Assembly (NCBI GenBank): GCA_002633005.1
Contig: NMRA01000029.1
Location: 381,396-445,395 of the forward strand
Direction of reading: 5' to 3'
Source: Phoronis australis
Taxonomy: Eukaryota; Animalia; Phoronida
Length of the DNA: 64,000 nucleotides
In this document: positions 28,301 through 37,215 of the stretch, one piece after another
How positions within the stretch are numbered: the stretch's first letter is position 1
Layout: each line of letters starts with the position of its first letter
The notes under the pieces: generated by a model
Told to the model about the DNA's origin: nothing
Seen by the model: the letters and a program-made list of their open reading frames with translations, nothing else
Databases searched by the model: none
Made by a program: the position numbers and the translations under genes

Positions 28301-31203
28301 GTACTACATTAGTGTGTTACACTGTAAAATCTTGAAAAATAGCGAGTAAAAAACAATAACATAAGTTCATAAAGACGATGGTTGAAATCCTATGCAATCA
28401 TGATGTTGAATGTGATGCCAAAGAGACAACAGACGATAGACCCGGTAGCACAAAAAAGCAAACTGTTTACTTTATTTACACAAAAATTACAATCTAACAA
28501 ATCAAACTTAAATATTGTTTATAAGAATAGATGTACAGCGCAGAAGAAAAAAACAAACTACTGCGCTTTTGCTAAAAAAATTAGCATTAACTGGGCATTA
28601 ACCCTACGTAGGGTCAGACAGAAGACTAATTACAAGTGTTGGCATGGTGGTGACAGAGCCCGGTGTTGCAATTATGCAACATGGCTTTTCAGGACAAGCA
28701 AACTTAGATAACAGAACATTATTCAAACTAAGGTTTACACCAGTAAATAACATGACATTTAATGGTTTGAATCCAATATATTACAGTAATAAATTTACCT
28801 GGACTGTGTAGAGCATGTCTTTGCCTTTTGCTCATAGGACAGCTTCCAACATGGCGGCAGACATCTTGAATTTCTAATTCTAATAGTTAGCTCATTTCTC
28901 AAGAGAGGTCCCTCACATTGTAGCATTACTGCAACAATGGGCCTTGGAGGGTGCGCAATCAATAACAGGAGTGGAAAATGATTTGAGGGTTAATTATAGA
29001 TTGTCAAAAGTGGTGTTGCAATATTACAACGTGGGGCCTTCCAGGGTTTTAACAGAAATTGAGTTCTAAAACGATGTTATGTTTTGGACGAACGAATTGG
29101 GTGTTTTAATTTTAAAATTCAACTTGGTCCAGATTGATTTTTGAAATCTAACACATGAAATAGACGTAAGAATTATTACAACCAAGAAAGCACTGATGAT
29201 CAAATAATTTTTATTTTCAATTACGAGCCTGGTTTTTAATTTTAATAAAAATATATTTAATAACATCAATTATTCTTTCAGACCAATGACAAATCAACTG
29301 TTAGTCCCAGTGAGTGCATAGGATCAGGCTATGCTTGATGTTAACATTCTTGATCAACAAATTAAACCATATGTGACTAATTGCACATGACAGACACCAC
29401 TGTCGAATATGTCTTCAACTCGTCAACAATACGAGCAGATGACCTGGTCCGCGTAGAAAATATTTTGATCAACAATTTACAAGAAAAAACGTAACCCTGC
29501 ATTCAGCATAATACCTAATCCGTAACACTACGATCGCAGCAATTTGGTCATATTTACTTTTCATGTTTCGAACCTAGTTTTCTGAAAAAAATTAAACCCT
29601 TTCGTCAGACAACTCTTTGGCGCCTTAACTTGTTCTCTAATGTAATTTTCTGCGTCTCTGTGGTTAATTGTCGACACATCATTAAAATTTAATATCCAGG
29701 TTGGACTCGTAAGACCGGCTATTTAACTCACGCAATGTCTACTTTCGCTTTGTTTATCGCAGTGAGCCTCGCTTTGGATCTTAATGGCCGCCGCGTGAAT
29801 AGAGTCTATAGGGGGCTGGGGGCTATAGCCCCCCATTTTTTAAGTGTTGCGCTGCCCATGGTCTATGGGCGATGCACCACGGGGGGCTACGGCCCCCACT
29901 TTTTCCAGTGATGCGCCACCCATGTAGATATAGAGGCTAAAGGCAGTCTAAGGGCAAGACGGGGCACAGCGATAGTCGAGTGGTTCCGAAAATTCGCTCC
30001 TGTCGTTCCATCCATGATAAATATGTCTGCAAAGTTTCACGAGAATCCGTCAAGGCGGGGCACTGGACGTCGCACGGACGGAGGAGGATGACGGCATACT
30101 GCACCAACATACAAATATGTGGTGCATAGACTCAAACCAGTCAAACCTTAATATTTTTAGCGGCCGACACCAAACTTTAAAAATGGCCACCGGAAATACA
30201 AAACAGCTGATTTCACCTGGCGGCAAAATTTGAAAGCCGTGACGCCGGTGTTTCCCGACGAGGCCCATTGCGAGGATCGTAGTATGCTGAATCGTATGAT
30301 CTCCCCAACCTAATGAAATGCAATTAATCCACTATTGAGGAATTAATAAACCATTTCTGACTCCGTCAATAAAAAATAATAGTATGCTCCAAAGACCAAT
30401 CCGTGAAACTGAACGCCGTCTTTACTAGACTATAAAGAGTTGGAGTCTTACCAAAGATATCGCATTTTTCGCCAGACCAACACGGGCAACACGAAGGTGA
30501 TGCGCCACAGTCGTTATTCTTGCAAGGTCTGTAATAAGTGGAAGAATTGTGAGTACAAGGGTGACAAGGCGAACAGCAGACAAAAACCGGCCAGGGGACT
30601 AGTCTCGCTGGTTCCCTGAGTGTAAATAACACGTAGGTATCATTCAGTAGCACGCGTTTTATCACTTCATGTAACCTCGGCATCAGTCTTGATTGGTTTG
30701 TTTTAAGAAAGAAAACGACGGACTATGAACGATTTTTAGCCTGGTCATGCAAGTTGCGTAACAGCAACTACCCGGTATTTCGTTTCTGCCGTTACGGTTA
30801 CTGAATAAAGAAGAGTGCTTGAAGCACACACATCAGTGTACCGGGCCGATTTAACCCGGTGCCGTTGCTCATACTAAGTGAATACAGGACAGCAACCAAA
30901 ACAAAAGTCACCGACAGTAGAAAAATGCACTCCGAAAAGGCGCAACCACAAGTTTCTGGTATTCACATTTCTTGAACCAAGCACCGGTTTGTCTATATAA
31001 CAGACCACACTTTTCTACCGGCACTTCGTCCATCACTCATGCCAGTTTGTTGGCGAAAAGCGCTACCTGTTGAGAATTTGAACAGCCAACCAGAAAAAAT
31101 TCGCGAGGATGATACCTGCGTGTGTTCTACCACCGTCTAGCGACAAGCAGGGAACTAGCCGGAGTGTGACTATACTGAGTCTTCTCTCGCTACAGGCCGC
31201 CAT
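1..31203 (-). CDS. Large multi-exon gene (partial, 3' end outside window): probable secreted/extracellular protein with a Cys-rich EGF-like segment, one cadherin-like domain, a furin site and >=7 tandem ~165-aa beta-rich repeats
   Basis: Hand-built model, all introns GT-AG and phase-compatible: 31203-31067, 30687-30452, 25236-24872, 22277-21972, 21770-21552, 19706-19397, 16858-16671, 16214-16038, 15532-15227, 11878-11628, 10073-9827, 8523-8259, 5771-5590, 4181-3934, 2784-2694, 2161-2003, 1209-912, 192-1. Total 4177 nt, about 1390 codons, no stops. Many NxS/T sequons. Confidence 0.88.
912..1209 (-). CDS. Exon: repeat 7, first half (INPSLDIF...TSGRNLPCL...DTGLADLGIVANS)
   Basis: ttttcag| ... 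|gtgggt, 298 nt, phase 0-1. Confidence 0.86.
1263..1359. repeat. Compound microsatellite (GATA/GA)n followed by (GT)n, about 32 units
   Basis: Directly visible. Confidence 0.97.
2003..2161 (-). CDS. Exon: repeat 6, last part (VSVLVVAQV...TLYAGQISMAVTG...)
   Basis: ctacag| ... |gtgagt, 159 nt, phase 0-0. Confidence 0.86.
2694..2784 (-). CDS. Small exon absent from the ORF track: repeat 6, middle (RNNSKTTDIGTLDLGTICRHPIDESKIDNDV)
   Basis: gtttcag| ... |gtgaga, 91 nt, phase 2-0. Needed to keep the frame, and carries the repeat's D..TLDLG motif. Confidence 0.87.
3406..3554. mobile_element. ~150-bp MITE, PIF/Harbinger-like
   Basis: Imperfect TIRs gggccagttgcataaa / tttatgcaacccagcc, flanked by ctg...ctg (3-bp TSD candidate). 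Confidence 0.65.
3934..4181 (-). CDS. Exon: repeat 6, first part (ASPNVKLVL...VQICEVSVDSRGDNIPCL...)
   Basis: cgtcag| ... |gtaatg, 248 nt, phase 0-2. Confidence 0.87.
5590..5771 (-). CDS. Exon: repeat 5, second half (GTGSLSNSTLFDEDSVKF...TGQLTVISPIAS)
   Basis: ttttag| ... |gtacag, 182 nt, phase 1-0. Confidence 0.85.
5852..6097 (-). mobile_element. tRNA-derived SINE with a 14-bp target-site duplication
   Basis: Minus-strand head gaggagacagtgtggcctggttg (A box) ... ggttcaagtccc (B box). TSD ctaactacttaata at 5838-5851 and 6099-6112. A second copy lies at 10879-11500. Confidence 0.8.
6105..7884. repeat. ~890-bp near-identical tandem duplication (6105-6992 / 6994-7884) joined by one N; probable assembly artefact
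   Basis: Copies differ by scattered SNPs and small indels; single N at 6993. Confidence 0.85.
8259..8523 (-). CDS. Exon: repeat 5, first half (NSEKPMLFVN...ILEAGANLPC...LTNI)
   Basis: ttacag| ... |gtatgt, 265 nt, phase 0-1. Confidence 0.88.
8544..8789. repeat. Minisatellite, 6 x 41 bp (aatgtaaggctatctagccccttattgataagtttgtgcat)
   Basis: Six contiguous, near-identical copies with no spacers. Confidence 0.97.
9827..10073 (-). CDS. Exon: repeat 4, second half (RYSSPLHDQAQVNLG...IYVGEAEFTV...)
   Basis: taccag| ... |gtaagc, 247 nt, phase 2-0. Confidence 0.88.
10879..11500 (+). mobile_element. Second, more decayed copy of the tRNA-derived SINE, interrupted by ~430 bp of other sequence
   Basis: Head 10879-~10985 matches the reverse complement of ~6000-6097. 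Body 11434-11500 matches the reverse complement of 5870-5936. Confidence 0.72.
11628..11878 (-). CDS. Exon: repeat 4, first half (GKDDISVALRYG...ISFIGKNLACF...)
   Basis: ttttatag| ... |gtaaac, 251 nt, phase 0-2. Confidence 0.88.
12774..14550 (-). mobile_element. Non-autonomous Kolobok-like DNA transposon with a degenerate THAP domain
   Basis: TTAA|aggagaatgccac ... gtggcattctcct|TTAA. Frameshifted THAP (MVWCIVPFCEN...MLRKRL...ICGRHF..SDF...RLRLK) at ~14400-14130. A TTAA TSD, RR..YY ends and THAP are Kolobok hallmarks. Confidence 0.85.
14710..15015 (-). other. Second copy of exon 15227-15532 with identical translation (probable assembly/haplotype duplicate)
   Basis: Segment 14515-15030 is repeated at 15032-15547, separated by a single N, with only a few intronic substitutions. 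Confidence 0.8.
15227..15532 (-). CDS. Exon: repeat 3, second part (YDLGANV...KLWIGQFNLNFTDQNQIPP)
   Basis: attcag| ... |gtaggt, 306 nt, phase 0-0. Confidence 0.87.
16038..16214 (-). CDS. Exon: repeat 3, first part (SSTPTF...VTIGQSVLFEFTLETPP...LQVCSMK)
   Basis: ttgcag| ... |gtataa, 177 nt, phase 0-0. Confidence 0.87.
16671..16858 (-). CDS. Exon: repeat 2, second half (TRLGSTAADDSLLKF...IWAGQFNVTIG...)
   Basis: ttatag| ... |gtaggt, 188 nt, phase 1-0. Confidence 0.88.
17248..18670 (+). mobile_element. Second copy of the same Kolobok-like element, opposite orientation
   Basis: TTAA|aggagaatgccacc ... ggtggcattctcct|TTAA. THAP remnant in ORF 17376..17708 (WCIVPVCPN...RKWL...VCGRH...DF). Internally colinear with the reverse complement of 12774-14550. 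Confidence 0.85.
19397..19706 (-). CDS. Exon: repeat 2, first half (KETSQLPEVNLGG...LDLGTVVQA)
   Basis: ttttcag| ... |gtgagt, 310 nt, phase 0-1. Confidence 0.88.
21552..21770 (-). CDS. Exon: repeat 1, second half (NNHAVFNFGDI...EIWIGQTSMAVLTD)
   Basis: atcaag| ... |gtgagt, 219 nt, phase 0-0. Confidence 0.88.
21972..22277 (-). CDS. Exon: repeat 1, first half (INFTGPAVPG...SRVNTSDK)
   Basis: ttttcag| ... |gtgctt, 306 nt, phase 0-0, open frame. Confidence 0.88.
23100..23970 (-). pseudogene. Degenerate, apparently spliced THAP-domain remnant (transposon-derived, different family)
   Basis: MRYYCCAVGCN...FFTFP at ~23970-23860 and CALHFV at ~23370-23350. Element ends not found. Confidence 0.6.
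24872..25236 (-). CDS. Exon: cadherin-like domain followed by furin-type site RHRR
   Basis: Translation DNKFYPTF...VGSLVYTVSADDED...IHYILS...FSIDESTGDIRS...LVVEARN...VLDRHRRD. Shows cadherin motifs PxF, AxDxD and F.ID..TG.I. Splice sites tttcag| and |gtaagt. Confidence 0.9.
26318..26680 (+). mobile_element. Palindrome-rich transposon end (Harbinger-type MITE-like); inverted copy at 40437-40797
   Basis: tacagccgatttcataaa start with repeated (t)taaacctggttt / agaccaggt motifs. Matches the reverse complement of 40437-40797. Confidence 0.75.
26687..26844. mobile_element. Short MITE with caggggcg(a/g)atcca...tggatccgcctatg termini
   Basis: Terminal inverted repeats and G-run/C-run interior. A related end (ctagatctgccactg) is at 50905-50919. 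Confidence 0.7.
27490..28260 (-). pseudogene. piggyBac (PGBD-type) transposase relic, internally deleted, with stops and frameshifts
   Basis: Minus-strand fragments WYGNKPV..SPFVGASP..NVRIWGK, then NKFM/GGLDLLDAL..YNYDI..GRWYLYLFWY, then C-terminal CKYC..IPEVC...FH. These match the piggyBac WxDNKxV, YNxxMGGVDxxD, KWY and Cys-rich motifs. Confidence 0.8.
30452..30687 (-). CDS. Exon: Cys-rich segment (CCSPCHPC...CKNNDCGASPSCCPCWSGEKCD), EGF-like C-terminal motif
   Basis: ORF 30366..30683. Donor G|gtaag at 30451, phase 1, matches the next exon. An alternative ATG exists at 30683. Confidence 0.8.
31067..31203 (-). CDS. Putative first coding exon (MAACSERRL...GIILANFFWLAVQILNR) with a hydrophobic stretch, possible signal/anchor
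   Basis: ATG in ttccATGG context. Donor AG|gtagc at 31066. The phase-2 end joins in frame to the acceptor caag|a at 30687. Confidence 0.5.
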
Positions 31204-31436
31204 GGAAAAAAGCCGACAAGAAGAGTGCGCAACCAAATCCGTCACAATGAACAACTCGGTAGGCCTATCGTCAGCCGGGTTGAAATTTTCAATACGTCAC
31301 ACTGGGTAGCATGGGGAAATCATTCCTGTTCGACTAGAGTCAATGTCCTATGCCAGTCGGAAACTAGGTACATGTGCATTGCCTATATCTGAAAAACTTG
31401 TCGACAAATTTTTTTGAGAAATTTATTTCGAGTATT

Positions 31437-31448
31437 GGCGCATGCGCC
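31437..31448. promoter_or_regulatory. Perfect palindrome ggcgcatgcgcc (NRF-1-type site), ~235 bp upstream of the putative first ATG
   Basis: Motif match plus position only. Confidence 0.35.
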
Positions 31449-34400
31449 TAAATACGTGCACGTGCGGTAAACATCAAAATGCAAATGATAGAGAAATTAC
31501 GATTCTTTAAGTCTCATAGTTGTGACTGTTTGATCGCATTTCTAATTCATGCAGAAACAAACATATACCAGGTAGGCAAAAATGTTACCGGTACATATAT
31601 ATTGCACTATTTTTATGTTTGAATGTATTTCTTTCAAAACTATGTCATAAAAACTTCTCACTTGAGTTCCCACAAAAATAGAACAGAAATGGTTCCATTT
31701 TGATTACAGATATTAGACCCCGGGCCCTGAACAAAATTCAGTGATGACGTTTTGAATCCCCATGGCACAGCTTGTTTCTGAGTCAGGCAAATTAAAGTCG
31801 ATTCCTTCGACTTTCGCGACCAGTGTTTGTTTTCAGGGTCTTTACGGCTGTGGATTTTTGCTCTAAACTCAGTCTTTCATGAAATGTTAAAAGCAAGTAG
31901 TTATCAGGGATAGACCAAGTGATTGTGCCGGCCATTGAATGCCAATGCGACACGAGATAACCTTGTCCAAGAAAATAGGAAATACCAGTCACCAAGGCGA
32001 GACCGGATCCCGCACGATGCTCGTACATTTCTGTGTTGGTTTACGAATTATTAGTAAACGAGGGAATTACCGATGAAGGTACTGCAATGAAACATTCCAC
32101 CTATGTGAGGTTGCACCACCCCGTTCATAAATGACAATATTCAAAAAGACTACCTGCTTTCTCTGGTCATGCTTTCTTAAAACTTGATTTTCAATATCCA
32201 TTTACTGCGTCCCTGATCAATGATGTCAAAAGCCTCCATTAGCGTCAACGAACTGCACGATGATTTCTCTCGGGTTGTGCTCCGTGGAGCACGTTTATAG
32301 GGAAAATGAGATCACACAAGTCTTCGCTAGATACCAACCCAGCATGCATTACAAGAGAAGCACGTGATCACATTAGTCTTACTCGCGAGTGTCTTGCATG
32401 TACGGAACGCGCCCATGGGAACTCGGGGTTAAACAAACAGATGCATGGGTAATATTCAGAAACGAATATACTTCATAAAGAGTACAGAGTGACATTGTAT
32501 CGGCAATAAATCTCTGCGCGTTGTTTCTGTCTGTGCTATATACTTATCTATTGATTTTTGCCAGGAGAAAATTAATTTTCTGGTTAAGGAATCTGAACAC
32601 CTTCAGATGAGGTATTGGAGCAGAGACTCACATTATACAAAAATATTCCACCGTTACACAGAAGATGTATACCAACCCGCCCAGAACTCCAACCACACTC
32701 GTGCACTCTCACCACAGACAATTTCTAGTGCAAGTAAACGGAAAAAAAAAAACACATAGAAACTGGGTCGCGCACTTTGGTTCCTTGCACTTAAAATTTG
32801 TCTGTTGTATTTTTGTGTATTGTAAGAATGCAGAGGCGAGTGACAGTGTATACACCTGAAGCGAAAATTGTTTTTCATCGCGTTACGGAAGTAGGTTCTA
32901 GTTGAAGTTATCTAGGATCCTGGCAAATGTCCAAATTCAGCCAACTTCGGAACATCATGTCTCAGAAATGGGTTGTCGGGTTCAACTGAAATTTTTAGAT
33001 AATATGCTTTTTTTGCACTGTTCTCTAAAAAGCTGTTAGGAATTATTTTTAAAATGTTCCATTTTTGTATGAGGGCCAATCAAAAGCAAGACTTTCATGA
33101 TTTCATGAAGAAAGTCGAAAACGAAATGAAAATTTTGAAAACAGTAGCAGCGTTTTTGAGATTTCATCTTAAAAACTAACAGAATGTGTTCATGTTTGTT
33201 TCCTTGCTATAAATGTACCAATACTTTATTTCTAAATTTTCCTAAAAACTTGGCCCTTTGACCCAATTATTGACAGATCAGTGGAAATTCAAAAATCAGA
33301 TTCTACAGGCTTTCCACTTTCAGAAAATATATATTAAAGTGAAGTTTTGAACATATTTGGGCCAATTAAACACTTGTTGATAAGATCATACAGAACATTA
33401 ATCTTCACGAATCAAACTGTAAGCAAATAAATAAATAAATAAATAAATACTCAGAGTTTCACCATTAGATGTAAAGTTTTGAGCTAAATGGCATTTAAAG
33501 AGGAGTTGTACACTTTCATATTTTTGAAAGTTGAAAACTTTTTGCAGTAGCACCCATTTTTTTCTCAAAATATTGACATTTTATCAAAACAATAAATTCT
33601 GGGGAGACATTACTTCGCTTACGCCCACAATAGATTTGGCTTACGTAGCAAATGACATGACTATGTCTGCACGAGTGACATCTACTAATTATGCTTTTGT
33701 TGTGCTGGAGTTGAACAGCATATAATTAATCAGATCCCATTCATGTTGGTCAACACAATCGTAGTCTCGCTCTCGATCGTCATTGATCACATTGTAATTT
33801 CAATAATTTAAAGAATTGCTCAATAACGTCACTGTTTCACGATATTGATTTTAGTTGCGCTAACAACATGGCACTGAAATCTAGGCGCTGAACCGGAGGC
33901 ATACTTCCATGTGTAGCATTCAACAATATTCACTTAGTGGATGCCACATTGTAAACGAGCCCATATTGTCTTCACTAACTTGCTAAGATTCTAGTGCATT
34001 AATTACACATGATTATAGAACCCCATTACCGCGTGAGCGTTTGCACGCGCGCGTGTTTAGATTTGTGAATCAATGTTAAGAGTACATGTTATTTTTTATT
34101 CCTGTATAACTGTACAGCGGCCTGTTAACGATGAATAAATCTACCGGTAATCCAGTTATTGGCATTTTTTATCAGTCACTCTCTTAGTCACTCCTGGACT
34201 ACAGTTCAAGTATTTGATGACAATCATTCACCAATATAAATTATACAATATTGATATCCGTGTTCCAACTGAATGTCCGAGGTCTATATCATCACCGCCG
34301 AACTGACAAGATGGAGCTCAGGACCACAACTCGGCCCGACACCGGACCCGTCCACTAATCGATATGAGCGGGGGATAGTCAGCGTGATGAGAATACTAGG

Positions 34401-34627
34401 GCAATTAGCTGGGATAAGGTGCATTTTTTAAGTGACTGTTACAGATTTGGATCGCTTTATTACTATTTTGACATTAATTTTCGCGTGTCAGTTCATACTA
34501 CATGGGTATAGAAAATACGATGAGAGTTTACTATTTTTGCTTGGAATAAGTTTCGGCACGTCATGAATACTGGTGTGATTTTAAAACGTTTTCAAAATCG
34601 GCGGCTCCGGCTAATAAGCAACAATCA

Positions 34628-34712
<85 letters not shown>
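34628..34712. repeat. (AAT)n microsatellite
   Basis: Directly visible. Confidence 0.97.
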
Positions 34713-34713
<1 letters not shown>

Positions 34714-36016
34714 GGTCATGTTTCAACCTCTTGTAAATGGGGCACAATTTCTGGCTCTTGGTATAATAAATATGGTTCGTATTTTTCATTTCGGGCAGGT
34801 ATGCACACTGCTCAGATTTGGATGCCAAGCTACATCCCAATCAGAAAGATAACTGCCCCGGGGCTAAAGACTTCGCTCCCTCAGGGTCTTGGCCCCTATA
34901 GTAAAAAAAACATGAGTGTCATAGGCAATGAAAGGACTTTAAATTAAATTCAAATCTTAGAGCTTGTTAAGGCTCCGGTTAGGGGGGCATGTCGGTATGG
35001 CACTTGACATGTTTGTACACCACCATAGCGTGGGTGAATAAACGAATTTATACCCTGTTAGCACTAATAAACGCAAATTCATTAGCGAGTCCGTTCGGGG
35101 AAAATTGACACCGTAAATGAAGAAAACACTACAACCCTTTGTTTTAAGTCGTTTTCTCTTCTAAAACAGAAATTATAAAGTCCGCTCATGTTCGAGCGCA
35201 ATGTTTTGTACTTACGTCTCACATGAACAGGTATCCGGGATATCTTGAGACGAGGCTGAAAATGAGATTACGTTTGAAAGAAATAAAATAACTGGCAACA
35301 GTGGTCATCTGTGCCCGCTTGCATGAAGCATTCCCAAATAGGGACTCAACTAAGTTCCCTGAATATTCTGGGTATTTGTGTCTTTCTTTAGTAACAGATG
35401 TCACCGTCTTTACCACGAGCTCCTTTTTGACTAATGACATATTCTAAAAATAAATAAAAACAATCTCGATTTGCATCAAATTCAAACGTTGGCTTGGTAA
35501 AAAAAAACTTAAACAGCGACATAAATGACAATCGGTGTTTTCATAAGTCCACAAATACGCAAAAGGGACTGTTTCATGCAACCGGGCACTTAAGACCAAA
35601 GATATTGACCAGAATACCAAAAGAAGTCATGTCGTTTGAAAACTCACTCGTCTCAGATACTCTCACACGAAGTATGGAACTTATCTATTCTTTTACACAT
35701 GACGTATGAAAGTTCTTGATTTGAACTAAAATATCATTTAGAACGTCAATGCCCGTCTCAAATCTTCGTTAACGTTTTTAAGGCTCAATGTGCTTATAAA
35801 CATCGTGTAAAGAATTCAGTGGCCTGCGTAAAATTTAAAGCGTCAATAAACACGCCTTCCGTCATAAAAACGAACTTTCTATAATTATGAAATTAATCTA
35901 AAAATGTCTTGTCAAATTGAAATGATTCCATTCTGAGCCGCGAAGGAAATGACAGTTCGTAATTTGTTTGAGACTAGGTTCCACAAGATGGCGTATCACG
36001 ACAGGGTTTCGTTTTC

Positions 36017-36070
36017 GGCAAGCATGATCGCAAGCATGATCGCAAGCATGATCGCAAGCATGATCGCAAG
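36017..36070. repeat. 12-bp tandem repeat (gcaagcatgatc) x ~4.5
   Basis: Directly visible. Confidence 0.92.
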
Positions 36071-37024
36071 GAAAAACAACGGTTTGTCACATTTATGCAA
36101 GCCCAAAGATCACATCTCATCTGAGCATAGAACTCTGCGCTCCAGTTTCACGTTGAGATCTTCTTCGACGGAACGCGGGTAAATAGTCGCTTTAAATATC
36201 CACATACCAACAAATTCACCTTGTGACGTCACCAGTAAACCAAGAACGAACAGGATTCCCGGCTAAAAAATAATGATTGATTATTAATGACAGTAAAACA
36301 TAGAAACAAACGCATTACATTTGTACTACACAGAAGACATTGGTGTTTTCCTGGACTACGTCACGGTAAAGCGACCTTCACCCGCCCTACTGGACAACTG
36401 TTAAATTGAAAGTAACAATTATTCGCTACATGAAGCGAGGTAAAATGGCCATTTTCGTGCAGAGAAAATTTTCTGAAAAATACATACAATTTATATGTTT
36501 AATTCATTACCATGTGATTAGTAACACTAAAACTATAATTCATGACCTCTATCGGTGTTTTACGCAGACGAGCTCGCGGCGCACGCGGGACCAAAAGTCA
36601 AAGCCAAATACACATCTGGGTGTCTATTTGGAAGTGACCAATATACGCTCGGCTGTATCAATACTGTAGCCGGCTCTTAAAATGAAGCATAGAGAGACAA
36701 GAAAATAGACCCTTAAGCGGATATTCGGAAAACGACCTTTCAGAAGCGTCAAATGAATCCGAATATAGGCCAACGCCCAGGCGTATTTTCGGAAAGGGGA
36801 GGGATTTAATGTATGCATTTGTATCTCACCACTAAACATTGTATTCCTCCATACTTATTTCGCGTGAAAGGTACCCTTCATGTTGTGCTAATACGGTTAA
36901 TCGCCAACCAAGTCACTCAATATCTTGATAGTCATTTGAGTAAAATCGCGACCCCAAAAATAATGATGTCAGTTTGCCAAAATAATCAAAAATTTTACAT
37001 CACGCACGAACATTTCATCGTTTG

Positions 37025-37215
37025 GTGGTTCGTGCATATGATTCAGATGGTCGTGCGCATGATTTGTGTTCGTATACGTGTTTTTTGTAGTTCGTGCGCA
37101 TTTTATGCGTGATTTTCGGGTTCGTGTGCATGATTCATGGTTTCGTATGCATGATCCATAGGTTCGTAGATGGTTCGTGCGGAAGATGCGATGCTCGTGG
37201 GTATGATTCTATGGT
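37025..37215. repeat. Degenerate ~20-bp tandem repeat (ggttcgtgcgcatgatt-like)
   Basis: About 8 recognisable copies of the gttcgt(g/a) core. Confidence 0.7.

Larger units (their letters stand above)
25680..29808. mobile_element. TIR element with TAG...CTA termini (Academ-like ends), itself carrying nested insertions
   Basis: Left tagaccctattcacgc...tccaaatcgaggctcgctacgat matches the right reverse complement tagactctattcacgc...tccaaagcgaggctcactgcgat (~55-bp imperfect TIR). The flanks rejoin into a small catgggcggcgca...tgcgctgcccatg palindromic element. No clear TSD, and an N at 26026 lies inside. Confidence 0.55.
25309..30130 (-). mobile_element. DINE-1/Helentron-type non-autonomous element split by nested insertions
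   Basis: Reverse complement of 30060-30130 (tatgcaccacatatttgtatgttggtgcagtatgccgtcatcctcctccgtccg) resembles the 5' end of the element at 55612. Reverse complement of ~25309-25335 ends gcattgctctt, like that element's 3' end. Typical aaatttcatgaaaatc motifs inside. Confidence 0.5.

Noticed and set aside
28598-28993. piggyBac TIR pair (ttaaccct ... agggttaa)
   Set aside because: Only 8 bp match, and the pair does not enclose the transposase relic.
34625-34840. ORF with a poly-Ile transmembrane-like tail (also 42714..43033)
   Set aside because: These are translations of the (AAT)n and (ATT/GTT)n microsatellites.
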